Part shown: positions 56,863 to 64,000 of the stretch, piece by piece
How positions within the stretch are numbered: the stretch's first letter is position 1
Layout: the number at the start of each line of letters is the position of its first letter
Source: Corallochytrium limacisporum Hawaii
Taxonomy: Eukaryota > Protista > Pluriformea
Reading direction: 5' to 3'
DNA: 64,000 bases
NCBI GenBank assembly: GCA_002811645.1
Contig: PDIP01000056.1
Location: 1 to 64,000, forward strand
Notes under the pieces: generated by a model
The model's database searches: none
Seen by the model: the letters and a program-made list of their open reading frames with translations, nothing else
What the model was told of the DNA's origin: nothing
Position numbers and translations under genes: made by a program

Positions 56863-57937
56863 AAAGAGCGCGGAGGAGGAGGTGGACCACACGGGCCAAA
56901 AAGGCGGGCAGCGGGGAGGAGATGTGATCCCGAAGAAACCAGTGTTTCATCCTTGGCCGAACCGTGACTACTACTTCCCCCCGGAGAAAAGAAGGTGGGA
57001 GGGGGCTTGCGCGGGGACACAGGGGAGCAACAGCAAGGTCTCAATTCTTGAGTTGAAGGAGAGTGCAGCCCCTCCGCAGAAAAAAAAAATCTGCACACTT
57101 TCTATATGCTTTGGACAACAGGGGATAAGTTGTGGAGAAGTTCGTTATTTGATTCCTGGAGCCGATAGTGGAACAATAAGATGATAAAGAAACCGTAATT
57201 GATTCAAATACCCAGAACGGAATTGGAAGAACGAGCCATTAGGTACCAGCGCAGATTGTTCGGAAAGAAAAAAGAGAGGGGCAGCCCCCCCCCCCTTCGT
57301 TCTCCCTTTTGTCTTGCCCCATTTTTCCCCTTGGCAAAATGAATGACGAAGACAGTTGAGGCTCCAAAAAAAAAGTACCCAGTTTGCAGCGGCGTGGCTG
57401 GCTGCGGCACAGTGAACTAATATGTCTCGAGACCTAATCGAGGCCTTAGGGAGGAGGGCGATATGTGGTGTCGCGGAGCGTTTACTTGGTAGGGCACTTG
57501 GTGTATTCGATTGTGTTGGCTACCGCTGAAGTCTTTTTTATTCCTCCGATTCTCTTGTAGTCTGGGTTATCCGTGTGGATGGTTGTGCTGACGGCCGTTA
57601 TTCGCATTGAATTGGAGCGTAACGAACAGAGTCTTGAGGCGCTGGAGTTTACTAAGTAATCGCAAGTACTTTGTTGCTATTTCAGGAACACATATCAGCC
57701 CATGAGTAATCCTGGTCTACTGCCAATAAAAAACTCTCTGTCACTCTATTCGCGAGTTAACTGCAGAATTGTCCTATAAATGAAGTGACACCATCATTTA
57801 GTATCGAGAACTATACTTCTATTCGTGTACTGGGTGTAAATATCCGAAGGATTTCTTTGTTGAGTATTTCACCGTCAGACAACGAGGGATAGAATAGAAA
57901 CGAACTCAAAATACCGGGCGTAAATCTCATTGACGAA

Positions 57938-59884
57938 ATGAACGGCGGCAACGGACAGAACTACCATGTCATGGTCCGCCGGAATGGTAACCAAACCTCA
58001 CCCGGCGAGTTCTTCGTGGTTGATCCCCTGAAGACTCCTCAGGACATTGTACGCGCCATCCATCAGAAGGCCTGGAGTGCGGAGATTGGCGCCTCCTATG
58101 AGACACCGAAGTTGGTGATGCTGTACAGTGAATTTGGTAATGTTATTAACTCCATGCAGGACCTGTTAAATGCGGGTGCAGTGTTTGTTGCTCGGGATAA
58201 GGAAGCCTTTGTCTTCCCAGAGGCAATGCAGAAAGCCCTTGGAGGCAATTCTAACCTGATAGAGAAATTGGAAAAGGACCAGTTCACCGCAGTCATGGCA
58301 AACTCGTCCAATGTTACTGATGAAATCTTGGCATTACTCGGAGAGGCACCAACTTCAGGTTCTGAAGCAGGATCACAGATGGGCAGTCCCGGCGAGAACA
58401 CGACCTCAACATCTGTCAACAGCACCCGCAACACTGGCGGCAGTTCCGGCCCCGGTGGTATGCAAACAGAACCGAGCTTCATGGATGTTTTCAACCGCTT
58501 CAACCTACCCTACATGGATGACACACTCGGGGGTCGCACAGTTAATGTGGGTGAAGCCGCAGCCTTACGAAAAGAGAAGAGGTCGCTGCAGCAGCAGGCG
58601 GCCCTGGTTGCCAACGGACGACAAGCGAACCAGGGATCATCTGATGCGAACTTGGCCATGCCCGGGTTCGGTGGTGCCCCCGGTAGTGCTGGTAGTATGC
58701 AGGGTGAGAGTCCATCGGATTTCTCGGCTTCCCGCGATACCGGCGACTCTGGCTCACCATCACCTCGTGTGGCAGCGAACGGCGCTGGGCCTTCGATTGA
58801 ACTCCGGCCCCCGACATCGAGTACGTCAGTTAAGAAAGAGGGTGGCAGCTCAGATTCCAAGGCATCCAGCCGCATCGCATCACATAAACTGGCAGAAGCC
58901 CGCAGTCGACAGCGTCTAAAGGACGCTTTCCATGATTTGCACATGTCTCTGCCCGCTCTGAGCGGCCATCCGCAGCCGACCAAGGCCCAGATTGTGCGCG
59001 CAGCAGTGAGCTACATTGGCAATCTGCGCGGGGTCGTACACGAACTCGAGCGCCAGCGTGACCGTGCAGTATCCGCGGCCATGCAGATGCAAAAAGAATT
59101 GCACGATGCCAACCAGTTGCGCCGTACCAACAGCATGTCACGCAGCAACCCACTTTTAAAGAACGAGGAGCATAATCCGGAACTTATGCAGACTATTGTG
59201 CAGGAGGCACTGAGCGAGCACAAGATTGAGGACCAGTCTGTCCAGGAACTGCTTACCAAAATGTCACACATTTCTATCAATGACGAAGTGCCCGCGGGCA
59301 TGTTGATTGTCGAGGACACCACACCACCGGGTATGCCCACAGATCTGAACAAGATGACTTGGACCTGGCTGAGCCAGTGGTGCTGTTTGCTTGCCGGTGA
59401 AAAGATGGAACAGTTGACTGGTATTCCGTGGCCTACGTTAATGCAGAACCACAATGACTTCGATCGAAAGGGCGGCCAGAGACGTATGGAGGCATCATTT
59501 GACTACTGTATGAAGTACCGTCGCACGTACTGCGGTCTGCACATGTACAAACCACCTGGTGGTGAATATCTTGCTTTCTTCATGTCCTGTATGCCTGCCT
59601 CATTTACTGGAAACGAGAATGTAGATGAAATTGATTGGGAGAAGCACGCAAATAGCTGTCCTCGGTATTGGATTTGCCGACAGTCTGGCTTTGTGATGGT
59701 CGACCGGAACGTCCGGCCTCGTTTGCAGCGGGCCATCATCGCCCGCGGTAATCGCTTCATGGCCAAGTACGGGCTTAAAGGCTACGGAAACCAGCCACAT
59801 GACACTCCAATGGCGACGGACGCTGGCGTCCTTGAGCCAAATCATCTACCTACGCAACCAAGCTCTGATCCGCTGCAACTCTAA
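57938..59884 (+). CDS. Transcription factor, DCX/ubiquitin-like + bHLH-ZIP + PAS-like (paralog B), 648 aa
   Basis: Aligns end to end with 43826-45844: MNG.., VRRNG, HQKAW, EFGN, FPEAMQ.ALG, an identical 40-aa bHLH core, IEDQ.VQEL, YCMKY, PRYWI.RQSGFVMVD, RG..FM.KYGL.G. Confidence 0.88.
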   Translation: MNGGNGQNYHVMVRRNGNQTSPGEFFVVDPLKTPQDIVRAIHQKAWSAEIGASYETPKLVMLYSEFGNVINSMQDLLNAGAVFVARDKEAFVFPEAMQKALGGNSNLIEKLEKDQFTAVMANSSNVTDEILALLGEAPTSGSEAGSQMGSPGENTTSTSVNSTRNTGGSSGPGGMQTEPSFMDVFNRFNLPYMDDTLGGRTVNVGEAAALRKEKRSLQQQAALVANGRQANQGSSDANLAMPGFGGAPGSAGSMQGESPSDFSASRDTGDSGSPSPRVAANGAGPSIELRPPTSSTSVKKEGGSSDSKASSRIASHKLAEARSRQRLKDAFHDLHMSLPALSGHPQPTKAQIVRAAVSYIGNLRGVVHELERQRDRAVSAAMQMQKELHDANQLRRTNSMSRSNPLLKNEEHNPELMQTIVQEALSEHKIEDQSVQELLTKMSHISINDEVPAGMLIVEDTTPPGMPTDLNKMTWTWLSQWCCLLAGEKMEQLTGIPWPTLMQNHNDFDRKGGQRRMEASFDYCMKYRRTYCGLHMYKPPGGEYLAFFMSCMPASFTGNENVDEIDWEKHANSCPRYWICRQSGFVMVDRNVRPRLQRAIIARGNRFMAKYGLKGYGNQPHDTPMATDAGVLEPNHLPTQPSSDPLQL

Positions 59885-62033
59885 TGGAGATCAGGCAGAT
59901 CGGATCACCAGTGTTCGTTCGAATCCCCGTGCTTCCTTTGCTTGAAATCAAAACAAACCGTATCATTATCAAATCTTAAATCGACGTTTTATATCCAGAA
60001 CAAGAATAAAAAGGAAAGAAACGTATAACCAAAACAAAGATGAATGTAGACGTCTTCAGTTGGCCGTGCGAACAAAAGCTTAGTACCGAAAGACGCTGTG
60101 CCCTCCTCCGGTCCCGTTCCCCGGGCAGAGGCGATCTCAAATTGTACCGGTCCCCCTCTCGCTGCCGCCGCTCTCCCCCTGAGTAACACGACAGAGTGCA
60201 CTTGCATCCGGAGAAACGGGCTTCACTGCTGATTCACTTAACAATCAAAATTTTATAAATTTTAAAAATTACAATCAAAAGGGTACTTGATCACAACAGT
60301 CTGTGGAGTATCAATAACCATATTTGTTAGGTTTTTGGGATAGCGGTACATTGAGTACGTAACACTCGCGTGGTCCTTAAATCAATTGTTTTGCACTAAT
60401 TTTCTTGAAAACAGCTGTAAAATATTGAGCCAAACAATGAAGCAGGCCCGGAGCGGTACGAGTTATTGATACATTGGAATGCAACATATCAATGCTGGAG
60501 ACCCTCAAACCAATACTGACTCAATACATGCCGTTAAATAACCCCTCCCCCCCCCACCAGGGCAACCTTGCATTTTTCGGCTGCCGCAAGCGTCGTGAAT
60601 CGTTGCGCCGTGCGCGCCTGCAAACTGGGGATGCAAAATTTTCTGAGCGGCTGGTACTGTGAAATCGCGAGTGTGAGGGAGGACTGGGCCCGTCTCTTTT
60701 TTTTTTTGGGCCGTGGTGCAATTTGCGAGGGATCTTCTCAATCTCTCAGTTCCCTACAATCATTCACAGAAGTCCATATCTTCACTATGGCAGCGTTAGC
60801 CGAACCGTGAACAAAGGAGAAGACAGGGGAGCCAGTAGCGGAGGGGAACATCGCTGGACACAACACTGTCCATGTCCGGGAGTTGCAGATTTATGCAGCA
60901 AACATCGCGCATCGGCAAACCAAACCCCCCAATATCCTATCTTTTGTCACATACCTTGTGTGCAGAGAGCGGGCAGAGAGACTTTCGACGCAAGGACAGA
61001 GGCGGCCACAAAGACGTTTCAAACGGAGAACGCGAAGAAACCTGACCGACACCGTCAACTCACCCTTGCTTTGGACAGAACATCACTACCACTGGGCCTG
61101 TACTCATCCCACGCGCGAAATTGCACACAGCGCGGGTGGGTTATTGCATCGTACGCAGCCGCCGCTGGTGCACCACGTACCCAATACTCTCGGCCTCTCC
61201 TTCCCTCCCCCTCCCCCGCCCCGCGGAAGCGCGAGGGTAAAAAAAAAAAACGAGAGCGGGGAGGGGAGGTTCTCTCGGTGTCTCTCACCAATGCCACCCC
61301 GTACCACCCTGACCCCCCCCAACACGCATACACCCGCACACCCTCACACACACGCACACACACACACAGCACACACAAGCACACACAACCCTTCTGGCAC
61401 TTCTACCCTGCCCTTCCCGGCGGACTTGGTGTGATACTGATGGATACCATCGCAGACAAGACCGACAGACTCGACCCACCCGAGCAAGTCACCCCACCAC
61501 CACTCGAAATCGATTATGTGGGTAGGCACCGCCGCCACTCTCCAAGGCCTACTGCACGCTCGAGGTAGAGATACAGATAGACAACGAAGATTCATAGATG
61601 CGGGCAATAGACAAGAACCTATTTCCTTTACAGTCTACGTCTGCATTTTGCGCGCGTGTGTGTTGTTGGGATGTGTGTGTGGGATGAATGAGGTGCGTCT
61701 GCGTCGCATTGACTTTGAGCTAGATGGTGCAGTTACGTTGCGTGTTGATTGACCAGGACATTGAGAGAGCATCCAATCGACTCGCCGCAGTATACCCCCC
61801 AGCGGCACCCAACATCTTTTCTGTCCATGGCGATGATCTTGCGCAAGGAGGCGTATACATTTGTCTCATGAAATATCGAGCAAACGTTCCCCAAACTCAA
61901 TAGTCAAAGTTTGACAACAATTCTCTTAAGAGGAAATGATATATGGATTAAATGATTATTATGCCTTATATAGGGAGCAGCGGGGAAGGGGGGGGGAGGG
62001 GGACTTGTGATAAAAACGAGAAAAATAGACGGG

Positions 62034-62384
62034 NNNNNNNNNNNNNNNNNNNNNNNNNNNNNNNNNNNNNNNNNNNNNNNNNNNNNNNNNNNNNNNNNNN
62101 NNNNNNNNNNNNNNNNNNNNNNNNNNNNNNNNNNNNNNNNNNNNNNNNNNNNNNNNNNNNNNNNNNNNNNNNNNNNNNNNNNNNNNNNNNNNNNNNNNNN
62201 NNNNNNNNNNNNNNNNNNNNNNNNNNNNNNNNNNNNNNNNNNNNNNNNNNNNNNNNNNNNNNNNNNNNNNNNNNNNNNNNNNNNNNNNNNNNNNNNNNNN
62301 NNNNNNNNNNNNNNNNNNNNNNNNNNNNNNNNNNNNNNNNNNNNNNNNNNNNNNNNNNNNNNNNNNNNNNNNNNNNNNNNNNNN
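62034..62384. other. Assembly gap (N run)
   Basis: Run of N next to purine/G-rich sequence. Confidence 1.
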
Positions 62385-62406
62385 AAGGCACACACTGGCT
62401 TGTTAT

Positions 62407-62437
<31 letters not shown>

Positions 62438-62893
62438 GTCTCTTTCTCTCTCTCTTTCTCCCTCTCGTTCGCCCTCTCTCTCGCTCTATCTTCCCATGTG
62501 CATTGGCTACCAACCCTTCGATTCCCGTCTCTCTACGTCGTCTCTCCTCCAACGGTAAAACTCTTTCCAAAAGTCCGGGGATGCATTGAGTGACTTATTA
62601 TTTGGTAAGGGGGCTGTTCACGTTCGCAAAATCGCTATGAGTTTGTGTTGTGACTTGTGTTATGGACAATGCCTGAAATGTGTGTTTGTGTTGTGACAGT
62701 TTGCCAACGATCGTGTAACCGATGCAAACCCCATTGGGTAAAGCCGGGGTTCAAATGGCATGTGTGTAGTCTGATGTTGATGGTGAAGGCGGCCTTTAGA
62801 CTTCAAGGCTCGGGCGTGCTATGGGCATCAAGCGGTGTTGATGTTGTAACACCAAACGATGCACGTTTGGTTAGATTAGGAAGAACACAATAT

Positions 62894-63960
62894 TCACTTA
62901 TCCTGCTGCGGCTGCTGCGGCTGTTGGTGGTGGGCTTGCTGCTGTTGCTGGGCCTGTTGCTGCTCAGCGAGGATCTGTGCAGGGGTACGGTAACGTTCAC
63001 ATGCCTTCTTCCAGCGGCACTTAGAGCACCATAGGCTCTTGTTAGCTGTACCGTACCGTTTGCGGCACTTCTGAACCTCGCGAACCAGACCACCAAGACG
63101 AGCATCAGGCTCGCGCCCAGGGGAAGTGACTCCGTGGGAGCTTGCCAAACTGCCGGACCGGCTACGATGATGAGCCATGGAGTTACGGCTTGGAGATGAA
63201 TTTTGAGAGTATGTCACGGGTGTGCTCACAGCAGAGCCAGGGCTCGGTTGCTCCATGGCGCGCGGAGGCATCTGTGTGAGAATTGGGGGACGACCATTAC
63301 GGGGATGCATGGGACGTCCGTAGGCATCGACGTACGGCATCTCTCCATGTTGTGGATGGGGAGGCATGTGATGTTGTGCCGGGGGATGCTGAGGGTAACC
63401 ATGAGCAGGAGCAGGGTGGTACTGCGGAGGAGCCTGATGCTGGTAAGAGCCGGGATGGCCGTAGTACGCGTGTTGCGGAGGCATCGGAGGATGCTGTTGC
63501 CGCTGCTGCTGCTGTGGGTACGCCTCTGGCTGCTGCTGGGGATAAGCTTCCTGCTGCTGCACAGGGTAGGCATCTTGTTGCGGTGCCTGGTAGGCTTCTT
63601 GCTGCTGTTGCGGTGGCGGCGGAGGCATGTGGTGGTGATGATGGTGAACCTGCTGTGGCGGTTGTCGCGACTGCTGGGGAGCAGGCATCATCTCGGGATA
63701 GGTGGCCTCCGGCTGGCGGTAAGGAGCAGCGTATTGCGGAGGAGCCCGCGTCTGCTGCTGCTGCTGCTGTTGTTGTTGCTGTTGAGGCTGCTGCGGCGGC
63801 GGTGGCGGAGCCTGCTGATGCATCTGTTGCTGTGGCTGTTGTTGTGGCTGTTGATGCTGCTGCGGTTGCGGCGGCGGTTGCTGCTGCTGCTGCTGCGGTA
63901 GCTGTTGTGGCTGCTGCTGCTGCTGCGGTGGCTGTTGTGGCTGCTGCTGCTGCTGCGGTG

Positions 63961-63998
<38 letters not shown>

Positions 63999-64000
63999 GG
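62894..64000 (-). CDS. PolyQ/Pro/His-rich C-clamp DNA-binding protein (5' end beyond the window)
   Basis: The frame stays open from the stop at 62894 to the window end. It contains KCRKRYGTANKSLWCSKCRWKKACERY (62990-63070), matching the C-clamp pattern of ZNF395/ZNF704/SLC2A4RG and TCF. The rest is Q/P/H-rich. Confidence 0.88.

Noticed and set aside
60723-61568. 281-aa ORF and similar ORFs in homopolymer-rich intergenic DNA (25635-26354, 24129-24803)
   Set aside because: They have non-ATG starts, translate microsatellites or homopolymers, and lack codon bias and domains.
1-64000. CRISPR arrays, rRNA, transposase/reverse-transcriptase or viral genes; bacterial contamination of the first 10 kb
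   Set aside because: No repeat-spacer array or recognisable motifs were seen. The bacterial-like genes are linked to a telomere, have long spacers and eukaryotic start contexts, and are contiguous with eukaryotic genes.

Overview
This window is the left end of a eukaryotic chromosome. It opens with a non-canonical telomeric array, (AACCCG)n, which reads TTCGGG on the G-rich strand. Every credible gene is a single uninterrupted ORF (including 5.2-kb and 7.2-kb ones), and every start I call has A at -3, so the genome looks intron-poor. Gene content is animal-like (six-bromodomain polybromo, dual oxidase, C-clamp protein). A unicellular holozoan such as Corallochytrium is my inference, not something the sequence proves. 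The window has three zones. (1) About 1-17 kb is a subtelomeric island: a bacterial-type MetE, a secreted chimera of bacterial InlB-B-repeat-like and RTX modules with a cystine-knot-like tail, an aerolysin/ETX-MTX2-like pore-forming protein, a Cys-rich prepro-protein and a DUOX-like oxidase with degenerate EF-hands. (2) About 17-31 kb is gene-poor, with a damaged tRNA-Leu(UAA), one small putative mitochondrial protein, gene relics and an assembly gap. (3) About 31-64 kb holds core and regulatory genes: PBRM1-like, an acylation-motif (MGCGGSK) protein, ALG2, two divergent paralogous transcription factors with an unusual DCX-like/bHLH-ZIP/PAS architecture separated by 12 kb without genes, and a polyQ C-clamp protein that runs off the window end. 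All domain calls come from motif recognition by eye; no searches were run.
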